Assembly: GCA_012965045.1 (NCBI GenBank)
Contig: DTSZ01000001.1
Location: 812,024 to 876,023 of the forward strand
DNA from: Candidatus Saccharimonadota bacterium
Lineage (GTDB): Bacteria; Patescibacteriota; Saccharimonadia; Saccharimonadales; DTSZ01
Direction of reading: 5' to 3'
Length of the DNA stretch: 64,000 nucleotides
Shown here: positions 27,222-35,634 of the stretch, one piece after another
How positions within the stretch are numbered: the stretch's first letter is position 1
Layout of the letters: the number at the start of each line of letters is the position of its first letter
Made by a program: the position numbers and the translations under genes
Notes under the pieces: generated by a model
Told to the model about the DNA's origin: nothing
Database searches by the model: none
What the model saw: the letters and a program-made list of their open reading frames with translations, nothing else

Positions 27222-29390
27222 ATGGCTAAACGAAAACGTAAAAGCAAAAAATCGAGCAAAAAAGATCGACAGAAATTAGAACTTAAACAGGGTGCAAAAA
27301 CTCAGTTTTTAGCAATATTCTATTTTATTCTTGCAATTGTAATTGCCATTGGTTGGTTTGTTGACAGCAGTGCTGCTGGCGTGGCTAACGATGGTATACG
27401 CTGGCTTATGGGTGGCGCAATATATGTATTGCCGTTTATTTTACTAATACTTGCTCGTGACCTATTCAAAAAAGACGAAGAAGAAAAGCTACCATTAACT
27501 ATTAAATTTGGCTCTTTTTTAACCGTAGTCGTAGTTGCTGGCTTATTTCATGCAGCAGTTGATAGGGATGTGTCATGGGAGCGGGCGGGAGCAGGTGAAG
27601 GTGGCGGAGTTTTCGGGCATTTAATTGACAGTTTGGTATTAGGTTTGTTCGGAGCTGGTGTCGGCATATTGGTACTAGTAGCACTACTCATTATTAGTAT
27701 AAGTATTTTATTCAACGTTACACCTAAAGACGTCCTTTCTAAATTAAAGCTTGGACGCAAAAAGAAATCTAAAGCCGCAGAATCCGAAACAAATAACCTA
27801 GACGCCAAGCGACCATTTTCGAAACCTACGCTTAATTCTAATGTGCCGCTCGTTGATTCGGCTAAAGCCGGCAAACAACGCAGCTCATTTAAAAATGCTG
27901 CTGCCAAATTAAGCAAAGAAGAAGACCACGAAGCGCTAACTGCTCGCGTGGAAGAAGATTGGAATTTCCCTGAGGTTACTCTACTAGATAACAAAGTAGA
28001 AAAAGCCGATGCCGGTGACTGGAAGGGCAACGCAGAGATCATTCAGCAAACACTTGCGGACTTTAAAATTGAAGTTGGGATGGGCGATATTAATGTTGGC
28101 CCGCGTGTAACTCAATACACTTTAAGCCCACCAAGCGGCGTTAAGCTGAACAAAATCACCGCTTTAGAGCAAAACATTGCACTTAACTTAGCGGCACAGA
28201 GTATTCGTATTGAAGCTCCAATTCCCGGCAAGCGGGCGGTTGGTGTTGAAGTGCCAAATAAAAAGTCTGCGACTGTTCGGTTGCGAGGAATTTTAGAATC
28301 AAATGCATGGCGTAACTCAAAGTCTAATCTAACTTTTGCGCTGGGTAAGGATATTTCTGGTGAGTCGGTTGTAGCCGCTCTGGACAGCATGCCGCACGTA
28401 CTGATCGCTGGTCAGACTGGGTCTGGTAAGTCCGTAATGATCAACACCTTATTGACGAGCTTACTCTATAGAAATTCCCCAGAAGACATGCAGTTAATAT
28501 TAGTTGACCCGAAGCAGGTCGAACTTAACTTGTATGCCAATATTCCGCATTTATTAACACCAGTTATTGTAGAGCCAGAAAAATGTATTAGTGCTCTAAA
28601 ATGGGCCGTCGCAGAAATGGAGCGTCGCTACAGTGAACTGGCCGAAGCCGGTAAACGAAATATTGCTGATTACAATAAAGTCAGCGAAGACAAGATGCCA
28701 TACATTGTGATTGTTATCGACGAATTAGCCGATTTAATGATGATGGCGGCGCGCGATGTAGAAAGTCTAATTGTTCGAATTGCACAAAAAGCTCGAGCAA
28801 CAGGAATCCACTTAGTGCTTGCAACACAGCGTCCAAGCGTTGATGTAATCACCGGTTTAATTAAAGCCAACATTCCAGCACGAATTGCCTTTACGGTTGC
28901 TAGTCAGGTTGATTCACGCACAATTTTGGACATGGCTGGCGCCGAAAAACTGCTTGGGAAGGGTGACATGCTCTATACAACTCCAGCGCTTGGTAAGCCG
29001 CGACGTGTGCAAGGTGTGTTCGTTGATGATCCAGAAGTAAACAAAGTTGTTGAATTCGTTAAGGGTGAACGAGAGCCAAACTACAATGACGAAGTTGTAG
29101 CTCAACCAGTTCAATTAAATGGTAAAGGTGGCGTTGTAATGGATGCCGGTGGTTTGGGTGGCGACGATGACATGTTTATGGATGCCGCTCGGGTCGTAAT
29201 TGAAGCTGGCAAAGGTTCAACCAGTTTATTGCAGCGAAGACTACGGGTTGGGTATTCACGAGCCGCAAATTTAATGGATATGCTAGAAGAACGAGGTATT
29301 GTTGGCCAGCAGGATGGTCAGCGTGCTCGGGAGGTGTTGGTTTCTTCAATAGACGATATTGTTGACAGTGACTCCAATGCTGAAATCTAA
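27222..29390 (+). CDS. ftsK: DNA translocase FtsK
   Basis: N-terminal TM helices, Walker A IAGQTGSGKSV, LVLATQRPSVDVITG, and a C-terminal gamma-like winged helix (LLQRRLRVGYSRAANLMDMLE). Confidence 0.95.
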   Translation: MAKRKRKSKKSSKKDRQKLELKQGAKTQFLAIFYFILAIVIAIGWFVDSSAAGVANDGIRWLMGGAIYVLPFILLILARDLFKKDEEEKLPLTIKFGSFLTVVVVAGLFHAAVDRDVSWERAGAGEGGGVFGHLIDSLVLGLFGAGVGILVLVALLIISISILFNVTPKDVLSKLKLGRKKKSKAAESETNNLDAKRPFSKPTLNSNVPLVDSAKAGKQRSSFKNAAAKLSKEEDHEALTARVEEDWNFPEVTLLDNKVEKADAGDWKGNAEIIQQTLADFKIEVGMGDINVGPRVTQYTLSPPSGVKLNKITALEQNIALNLAAQSIRIEAPIPGKRAVGVEVPNKKSATVRLRGILESNAWRNSKSNLTFALGKDISGESVVAALDSMPHVLIAGQTGSGKSVMINTLLTSLLYRNSPEDMQLILVDPKQVELNLYANIPHLLTPVIVEPEKCISALKWAVAEMERRYSELAEAGKRNIADYNKVSEDKMPYIVIVIDELADLMMMAARDVESLIVRIAQKARATGIHLVLATQRPSVDVITGLIKANIPARIAFTVASQVDSRTILDMAGAEKLLGKGDMLYTTPALGKPRRVQGVFVDDPEVNKVVEFVKGEREPNYNDEVVAQPVQLNGKGGVVMDAGGLGGDDDMFMDAARVVIEAGKGSTSLLQRRLRVGYSRAANLMDMLEERGIVGQQDGQRAREVLVSSIDDIVDSDSNAEI

Positions 29391-30063
29391 GCCGACACAA
29401 ACACAGCCTAAAATTCATTCTAAAATGGCTGCCCAGCTGCAAGAAGCTCGGAAAGCTAAGCGTATTCGTTTAGACCAAGCTGCCTATGAAACCAAGATAA
29501 AAAAACATGTATTGGAGTCGTTCGAGCGAGGAGAAGTTGATTTATCCAACCCGTACAGCAAAGGGCTTTTAATCGCGTACGTAAAGTATTTAGGATTAAA
29601 TACTGCCCAGCTCGAAGAGCCGAGCTCAGCAACAAGTAAAAAAACCCGTCGAAATCCACCGGCTCTAAAAGGGCAGCTCAAACAACAGCAACGGTCAAAA
29701 AAAATGTTTGTTGCTTCAACAGCGGTCAAAGTTTATTTGGCTGTCGGGTTTGTTTTGCTGTCGTTTAGCGCAGTGGCGTTGCTAGTCTATTTCTTTTTCG
29801 CAGCTCCTACGCTTACAGTTTATGATTTGCCACGCGAACTTCAGACTACCGAATCGTCGTTGGTGATAGAGGGACAGGCCGGTAGCGGTTCGGATGTTTT
29901 CATCAACTACACGCCGGTGCTCGTGACACCTGAAGGTGAGTTTAGCCAGAGAATATTTTTAAATCCTGGTGTAAATATTATACGAATAGAAGCCGAAAAC
30001 AATCTTTCGCGAACGGCTGTGGTTGAAAAAATTATAATCGCTAATTATGAGCGGTTTGATTGA
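29377..30063 (+). CDS. RodZ-like HTH plus single-TM protein
   Basis: N-terminal HTH-like segment (LQEARKAKRIRLDQAAYETKIKKHVLESFE), a mid-protein TM helix and an extracytoplasmic C-domain. The start is ambiguous (29359 TTG, 29377 ATG or 29425 ATG). Confidence 0.55.
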   Translation: MLKSKPTQTQPKIHSKMAAQLQEARKAKRIRLDQAAYETKIKKHVLESFERGEVDLSNPYSKGLLIAYVKYLGLNTAQLEEPSSATSKKTRRNPPALKGQLKQQQRSKKMFVASTAVKVYLAVGFVLLSFSAVALLVYFFFAAPTLTVYDLPRELQTTESSLVIEGQAGSGSDVFINYTPVLVTPEGEFSQRIFLNPGVNIIRIEAENNLSRTAVVEKIIIANYERFD

Positions 30064-30088
30064 CCTTACAGATATAAAGTTATAGAAT
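30060..30088 (+). promoter_or_regulatory. near-consensus sigma-70 promoter of the rpsF-ssb-rpsR operon
   Basis: TTGACC (30060-65), a 17-nt spacer, then TAGAAT (30083-88). Confidence 0.5.
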
Positions 30089-30108
30089 ATGGGCATCATT
30101 AATCTTCA

Positions 30109-30148
30109 GCGTGCATGACAAGTGCACGCGGCTTACACCAGATGTAAG
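30109..30148 (+). promoter_or_regulatory. structured 5' leader of rpsF (candidate S6:S18-binding r-protein leader)
   Basis: Hairpin 1 is GCGTGCA (30109-15), loop tgacaag, then TGCACGC (30123-29). Hairpin 2 is CTTACA (30132-37), loop ccaga, then TGTAAG (30143-48). The SD sequence GAAGGAAGGAG follows. Confidence 0.4.
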
Positions 30149-30171
30149 TCGCCGAAGGAAGGAGCCAAAAG

Positions 30172-30510
30172 GTGAATAAGTACGAATTAATCGTATTACT
30201 GCATCCTGATCTAGAAATAGATTTGGATAAACCTCTCGCAAAAGTCGAGAAAATTATTACTGGTCTTGGTGGCAAGATCGAAAAAAAGGATAATTGGGGA
30301 AAGCGCAAACTCGCATACCAGATTGCAAAACAAGACTTTGCTATCTACGTATATTTTGAGTTTGATATTGATGGTACGAAAATTGCCAAGCTTGATTCTA
30401 CCTTAAACATTACCGATGAAGTTATTCGACATCTTGTAACTAAATATGTTGAACCACCAGCTAAAGACGAAGAAAAAGACGACGAAAAAAACAAAAAAGA
30501 GGAGAAGTAA
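30172..30510 (+). CDS. rpsF: 30S ribosomal protein S6
   Basis: GTG start after AAGGAG. MNKYELIVLLHPDLE is the S6 opening, and the C-terminal tail is acidic/lysine-rich. Confidence 0.92.
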   Translation: MNKYELIVLLHPDLEIDLDKPLAKVEKIITGLGGKIEKKDNWGKRKLAYQIAKQDFAIYVYFEFDIDGTKIAKLDSTLNITDEVIRHLVTKYVEPPAKDEEKDDEKNKKEEK

Positions 30511-30984
30511 ATGGCAAAAAGCATCAACCAAGTCGTACTTATGGGTAACCTTACACGTGACCCAGAATTACGCACAACCAGCGGCGGACAATCCGTTTGC
30601 GCTTTTAGCTTAGCCTTAAATCGAAGCTGGACAGGATCAAACGGCCAACAGCAAGAGTCTGTTGATTTTGTTGACATTGTTGCTTGGGGAAAGCTAGGCG
30701 AGCTCGTAAACCAATACATGAGCAAAGGACGACGCTGTTTAATAACCGGACGTTTAAGTTCTAGTAGCTGGGAAGCTCAAGATGGCAGCAAACGAAGCAA
30801 ACTCGAAGTAACTGCAACTGATGTAACATTTCTAGATGGTGGTTCTGGTTCGTCTGACCAAGGCGGCTCACAGCCAAGCCAATCTAGCTCAGCAGCACCC
30901 GCTAAGCCGAAAAAGAACGACGATGTTGTTGTAGAAGACGTCGACGAACAAAAGCCAGTCGACCTATCTGACATACCCTTTTAA
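30511..30984 (+). CDS. ssb: single-stranded DNA-binding protein
   Basis: OB-fold N-terminus NQVVLMGNLTRDPELR, a Gly/Ser-rich linker and the canonical C-terminal DIPF. Confidence 0.95.
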   Translation: MAKSINQVVLMGNLTRDPELRTTSGGQSVCAFSLALNRSWTGSNGQQQESVDFVDIVAWGKLGELVNQYMSKGRRCLITGRLSSSSWEAQDGSKRSKLEVTATDVTFLDGGSGSSDQGGSQPSQSSSAAPAKPKKNDDVVVEDVDEQKPVDLSDIPF

Positions 30985-31130
30985 GCATAGCTTAAAACAA
31001 TTTACAATTATCATTTAACAATTCACATTAAATTTTCATTGAACAATTATCGAATCTATTTTAAAACGAAAATTGTTAAATTAATGAAAATTGAAAACTG
31101 TAAAATGTGAAATTTCCTGAAAGGAACTCC

Positions 31131-31331
31131 ATGGCAAAAAAGCACTTAAAGAAGAATGAAATCGAACACTTTGACTACAAAGATTTTAAGACTCTCCAAA
31201 GATTCGTAAACCCGTATGGTCAAATCGACGCTCGCAAAAAAACTGGACTCAGTGAAAAGCAGCAAAAAGCTCTGACCAAGGCTATTAAACGAGCTCGACA
31301 CATCGCACTATTACCATTCGTTGCAAACTAG
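31131..31331 (+). CDS. rpsR: 30S ribosomal protein S18
   Basis: Start at ATG 31131 gives MAKKHLKK...FDYKDFKTLQRFVNPYGQI...KQQKALTKAIKRARHIALLPF. Confidence 0.93.
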   Translation: MAKKHLKKNEIEHFDYKDFKTLQRFVNPYGQIDARKKTGLSEKQQKALTKAIKRARHIALLPFVAN

Positions 31332-31340
31332 GGGCACTGT

Positions 31341-31898
31341 ATGTTGTCTATTACAGATCTTAAAAAGGGAACACTGATCACGATCGACAATCAGCCGTTT
31401 AAAGTGGTCGAGTACGCCCAAAAACAAATGGGTCGAGGCGGTTCTATTGTTAACACTAAGCTTAAGAATCTTATTTCTGGAGCAACCGTAAATAAGACTT
31501 TTCACGGTAACGATAAAATAGAGTCCGCTGATGTCAGTAGTCAAAAAGTTCAATTTTTGTACGCCGACACGGCATTGCACTTTATGGACGGCGAAACATA
31601 TGAGCAATTTGAAATTGATCCAGATCTTATTGGCGATCAAGCTCAACTCCTTAAAGAAGGTATGGATGTTACAGCACAATTATTTGAAGGTAATGTGATA
31701 AACGTCGAACTCCCTACAAAAATTAAACTTGAAGTTGTTGAAGCACCAGAGGTCGTCAAAGGCGACACTCAGTCAACCGTGCAAAAAAAGGTAAAGCTTG
31801 AGACCGGCGCAGAAATAATGGCGCCCATATTCGTTAAAACAGGTGATGTTTTAGTGGTAGACTCACGGGACAGTAGCTATGTCGAGCGCGCCAAGTAA
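31341..31898 (+). CDS. efp: elongation factor P (Arg32-type loop)
   Basis: MLSITDLKKGTLITIDNQPFKVVEYAQKQMGRGGSIVNTKLKNL, with a three-domain length of 185 aa. Confidence 0.93.
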   Translation: MLSITDLKKGTLITIDNQPFKVVEYAQKQMGRGGSIVNTKLKNLISGATVNKTFHGNDKIESADVSSQKVQFLYADTALHFMDGETYEQFEIDPDLIGDQAQLLKEGMDVTAQLFEGNVINVELPTKIKLEVVEAPEVVKGDTQSTVQKKVKLETGAEIMAPIFVKTGDVLVVDSRDSSYVERAK

Positions 31899-32448
31899 TA
31901 AATTCCAAGAGTTTATTGCCAACCACACAACCACGCCCGACCGACCGTTCAACAGGTATGAGGAGGCCGAGCAGTGGCTTGAAAACCCATACCTTTCGAG
32001 CGAAACTCGCTTTAATCAACTCGTTAGAAGCGGCGTAAACGCTTTTGGGAGTAATGATGACAGGCTAACTGATACTGCTCGTTCGCGATTGTGGGAGGCT
32101 GTAACTTTGTACAACCATAAGCTCCAAGATATTGAAAACCCACACCTGCAATTTCGTGCAGCCAATGCTATGTTTGTTCTTGCGAAAATAGAATACAGTT
32201 TTGGTATGCCAGACAAGTCATCAGGTTTACTTGATGACGCTCAACAAGAATTGGCATGGTTGCCAGAATCCGAAACATTTGACAATCTAAGTCCTACACT
32301 TCAGGAGCAATTTCGACAGCAAGCCGAAAAAAGGCTAGGGTTGATACATAAATACCAAAAGCGCATAGAGCGCCACACGACATTAATAGGTAGAGCAGGG
32401 GATATTCTAGATAATGCGCTTAGACATAGCCTTAACGAAGTTGCCTGA
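31879..32448 (+). CDS. hypothetical protein
   Basis: 189-aa ORF overlapping the efp stop and the tlyA start. No motif recognised. Confidence 0.5.
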   Translation: MSSAPSNKFQEFIANHTTTPDRPFNRYEEAEQWLENPYLSSETRFNQLVRSGVNAFGSNDDRLTDTARSRLWEAVTLYNHKLQDIENPHLQFRAANAMFVLAKIEYSFGMPDKSSGLLDDAQQELAWLPESETFDNLSPTLQEQFRQQAEKRLGLIHKYQKRIERHTTLIGRAGDILDNALRHSLNEVA

Positions 32449-33187
32449 AATAAATAGCCGTTCGCAAGCTAACAGCCTTATTCGAATGGGAAAAGTTACA
32501 GTTGATGGCCGGACAGCTACTAAACCAGGGCAAACTGTCGACGAAACCAGTAACATAGACGTAGATATTAAAGAAAAATACGTATCGCGAGCAGGTAATA
32601 AGCTGGCGTCGGTTGCTACTATCTTAAAGCTCGACTTTAACGATAAAACCGTGCTCGACGTTGGTTCGTCTACTGGTGGCTTTACCGACTTTGCGCTGCA
32701 ACATGGTGCTAAAAAAGTTATTGCTATTGATGTTGGTACCGAACAGCTTCACCCAAGCCTTCGCGCCGATCAGCGAATTGAGCTGCATGAAAAAACGGAT
32801 ATTAGAAACGTTTTTTTGCGAAAAACCGTTTCAGAAAACAGAAAACAGAAAACAGAGGACAATAAGAATAGGATTTATTTAAAAAAGTCACCAGATATTG
32901 TGGTGATTGACGTAAGTTTTATTAGTTTACGAGAAATCCTACCGTCTATAGCTAATCTTTTATCTGCCAAATCACAAATAGTAGCCATGTTAAAGCCGCA
33001 ATTTGAAGCTGGTGATAATAAAAAACATAAAGGCGTGATAAAAAATAGCGCCATGCGAAGAGCGATACTAAAAGACTTTGAGCAATGGGCAAAACAACGA
33101 TTTGTAATTCAAGCAAAGCAAGATTCTGATGTTTTGGGTAGAAAAGGAAATCAAGAACGGTTCTATTTACTTAAAGCAGCTAAGTAA
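32414..33187 (+). CDS. tlyA: TlyA-family rRNA (cytidine-2'-O)-methyltransferase
   Basis: S4 domain (MRLDIAL...SRSQANSLIRMGKVTVDG) and SAM motif VLDVGSSTGGFTDFALQHGAKKVIAIDVG. A short K/N/E-rich insertion is present. Confidence 0.88.
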   Translation: MRLDIALTKLPEINSRSQANSLIRMGKVTVDGRTATKPGQTVDETSNIDVDIKEKYVSRAGNKLASVATILKLDFNDKTVLDVGSSTGGFTDFALQHGAKKVIAIDVGTEQLHPSLRADQRIELHEKTDIRNVFLRKTVSENRKQKTEDNKNRIYLKKSPDIVVIDVSFISLREILPSIANLLSAKSQIVAMLKPQFEAGDNKKHKGVIKNSAMRRAILKDFEQWAKQRFVIQAKQDSDVLGRKGNQERFYLLKAAK

Positions 33188-33227
33188 TAAAATTGACGTA
33201 AGCGTAATTAAATGCTAAGGTAAATTT

Positions 33228-33443
33228 ATGTCTACAAAAGAACAAAAACGAGTTTTAAAAAACCCTGCTGTTGAAACAGTTTACATTACAGATGAAGACA
33301 ATCAGCCTTTAGGAATCGAACATTCTTTTCTGAATCAAGACGATAAAGAGCGACTTGAACGATTTTTAAAAGGCGCCAGTGACGTTGTGTCAGTTGTTGT
33401 CGATGCACCAGACGGATCTAGCGTAGAAGTAATCCAAGATTAG
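33228..33443 (+). CDS. hypothetical small protein
   Basis: 71-aa ORF, convergent with ychF. No motif recognised. Confidence 0.4.
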   Translation: MSTKEQKRVLKNPAVETVYITDEDNQPLGIEHSFLNQDDKERLERFLKGASDVVSVVVDAPDGSSVEVIQD

Positions 33444-33446
33444 ATC

Positions 33447-34526
33447 TTAAACGTTAAATTTAAATTCCACGACGTCGTCAGGCTTCATTACGTAGGTTTT
33501 GCCTTCGGTTCGAACTTTGCCTGCTTCGCGGGCCTTATGCCACGACTGGGCAGTTAACAGGTCGTCGTAGTTAACGACATCAGCGGCAATAAAGCCACGT
33601 TCAAAGTCTCCGTGAATCACACCTGCCGCTTGCGGAGCAGTGTAGCCTTGTTTTATTGTCCAGGCCTTTGACTCTTTTTCGCCAGCTGTTAGATAGGTTT
33701 GCAGCCCAAGTGTTTCGAACCCAACTCGGCTTAGTCGAGCCAAACCAGATTCTCGCAGCCCATATTCTGCCATAAAAATTGCCGCATCATCACCGTTTAA
33801 TTCGCTAATTTCGGCTTCAACTTTAGCGCTCACAAATACTACGTTGTCGGTTGGCGCCATAGCTTTTAGTTTTTCTTGTTCAGCTTCATCGATTATGCCG
33901 CCCTCGTCTTGGTTGAAAACATAAATAAATGGTTTAGCGGTCAGCAGGTTTAGGTGCTTTACCAGCTGTAAATCTTGATCCGAATTAATTGCTAATTCAC
34001 CACGGTTTAGCGAGTGAATTAGTGCTTCTACTACAGGCATAGACTTTTTTGCTTCTGGGTCAGACTTAGCAAGCCGAGCAAGCTTGGGCTGATGATTTTC
34101 GAGTGTCTGAAGATCCGCCAATATAAGTTCGGCATTAATGATGTCTATGTCGTCTTGGGGGCTAATGCGATTATCAACATGAAGAACGTCGTCGTCCTTA
34201 AACACACGCACAACCTGAGCAATCGCATCTGTTTCACGGATGTGGCTCAAAAAAGCATTTCCCATACCTTCACCTTCGTGAGCACCTTTTACAATGCCGG
34301 CTATGTCTACAAATTTTACGGTAGCAGGAACCGTCTTTTGCGAGTTAAACAATTCAGTTAATTTTTCGAGCCGCTGGTCGGGTACAGGCACAATGCCTTC
34401 ATTCGGTTCAATAGTTGCAAACGGGTAGTTTGCCGCTAGTACATTGTTTTTCGTCAATGCATTAAACAGTGTCGATTTTCCGACATTCGGCAGACCAACG
34501 ATTCCTATAGATAAAGACATAGTCAC
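33447..34526 (-). CDS. ychF: redox-regulated ATPase YchF (Obg-like)
   Basis: GIVGLPNVGKSTLFNALT G1 motif and the C-terminal TGS-like end VVEFKFNV. Confidence 0.95.
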   Translation of the reverse strand: MTMSLSIGIVGLPNVGKSTLFNALTKNNVLAANYPFATIEPNEGIVPVPDQRLEKLTELFNSQKTVPATVKFVDIAGIVKGAHEGEGMGNAFLSHIRETDAIAQVVRVFKDDDVLHVDNRISPQDDIDIINAELILADLQTLENHQPKLARLAKSDPEAKKSMPVVEALIHSLNRGELAINSDQDLQLVKHLNLLTAKPFIYVFNQDEGGIIDEAEQEKLKAMAPTDNVVFVSAKVEAEISELNGDDAAIFMAEYGLRESGLARLSRVGFETLGLQTYLTAGEKESKAWTIKQGYTAPQAAGVIHGDFERGFIAADVVNYDDLLTAQSWHKAREAGKVRTEGKTYVMKPDDVVEFKFNV

Positions 34527-34614
34527 TAGTATAGGGCGGCAGGGCGAATGTTAAAAGTGCGAAAGGGGTCGTTCGCTTTGCTATACTTGCCTTAAGGTTA
34601 GGTCCTTACAAACT

Positions 34615-35634
34615 ATGATAAACAAAAACGAATTTTTTGAGCTAGTAAATCGCTACCCGTCGCCCCATAACGGCCAACCAATGCGCTTAAAGACATTGGA
34701 TAATAATACGTATGAAGTTTATTTTCAGAAAGAGCGCGGGCTGCAATCTACGGGAGTGTCATTAATTTTTAGTTTTGTAACCGTTGGCTTATTTTTTGAG
34801 TATCTTCATCAAAGCGGTCGAGCCCTTGGTCATTCTGTCCAAGCCGAAGTTAATCTGCCGGAGATCAGTAAACTAAAAGGTACAGGGCTAATAAGATGCG
34901 GCCTAGTCAAAATAGACTGGAATACTAGCTCACCGGACAAACAATACAAGCAAGCTTTGCTTTTTAGGCAGACTTCCAGAAAAAAGTACCATGCACCACT
35001 GTCAAAAGAAGCAATCATTGGCATTGAGAGTTGCATTCCGACAAATATGAGCTTAATTCAATTAGACAAAAAACAGGCCCACGATGCGATTTGGCTTAAT
35101 CAAAGAGCTGTATTCGATGACATGTTTAACGAACCGGTGCGCAAAGAGCTAGATCATTGGTTGCGTTATTCAAAAAAGAAGATAATACAGACTAAAGATG
35201 GGCTTGCGTATGACTGCATGGAATTAAACGGCACTCTAATGAAATTCATCACAAATCACCCATCCTTTTTACGGATGCCAATATTGAAAACGTTAATAAA
35301 ACAGTACTATCTACGCACCATGAAAGACAATAGTTGTGTTTTCTATATTATGGCTCCCTTCAAGACGGCTCAAGACTCGTTCGGTGTTGGTAGTGCAATT
35401 ATGAAAATTTGGCTAAAAATTGCCGAGAACGGCGACTATCTACATCCGTTTGGAACAATCATAAGTAATAAAAAAGCCCATCAAGACTTTTTGAACTTAG
35501 TCGGTAAGCACAACGAGTCAAAAGAAGAGTCCTACTTGGTATTCATTTTTAGAGCAGGTCAATCTAAAAAACCGGCTCAAAGTTTGCGGAAACCCTGGCA
35601 GGAGCATCTAGTAATTAACGGAGAAACAAAATGA
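34615..35634 (+). CDS. Acg-family nitroreductase-like (tandem nitroreductase fold) protein
   Basis: YPSPHNGQPMRL matches APSxHNxQPWRW, LLFRQTSRKKYH matches LLRRTDRxxF, and the C-terminus has FIFRAGQS. The 339-aa length matches Acg-type proteins. Confidence 0.55.
   Translation: MINKNEFFELVNRYPSPHNGQPMRLKTLDNNTYEVYFQKERGLQSTGVSLIFSFVTVGLFFEYLHQSGRALGHSVQAEVNLPEISKLKGTGLIRCGLVKIDWNTSSPDKQYKQALLFRQTSRKKYHAPLSKEAIIGIESCIPTNMSLIQLDKKQAHDAIWLNQRAVFDDMFNEPVRKELDHWLRYSKKKIIQTKDGLAYDCMELNGTLMKFITNHPSFLRMPILKTLIKQYYLRTMKDNSCVFYIMAPFKTAQDSFGVGSAIMKIWLKIAENGDYLHPFGTIISNKKAHQDFLNLVGKHNESKEESYLVFIFRAGQSKKPAQSLRKPWQEHLVINGETK

Noticed and set aside
27548-28042. 164-aa antisense ORF within ftsK.
   Set aside because: It is a shadow ORF opposite the FtsK linker region.
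32820-32870. Tandem AAAACAG x3 repeat (gaaaacagaaaacagaaaacag).
   Set aside because: It lies in frame inside tlyA and encodes a short K/N/Q/E-rich loop insertion (SENRKQKTEDNK). It is too short and too isolated to be a CRISPR array or a satellite.
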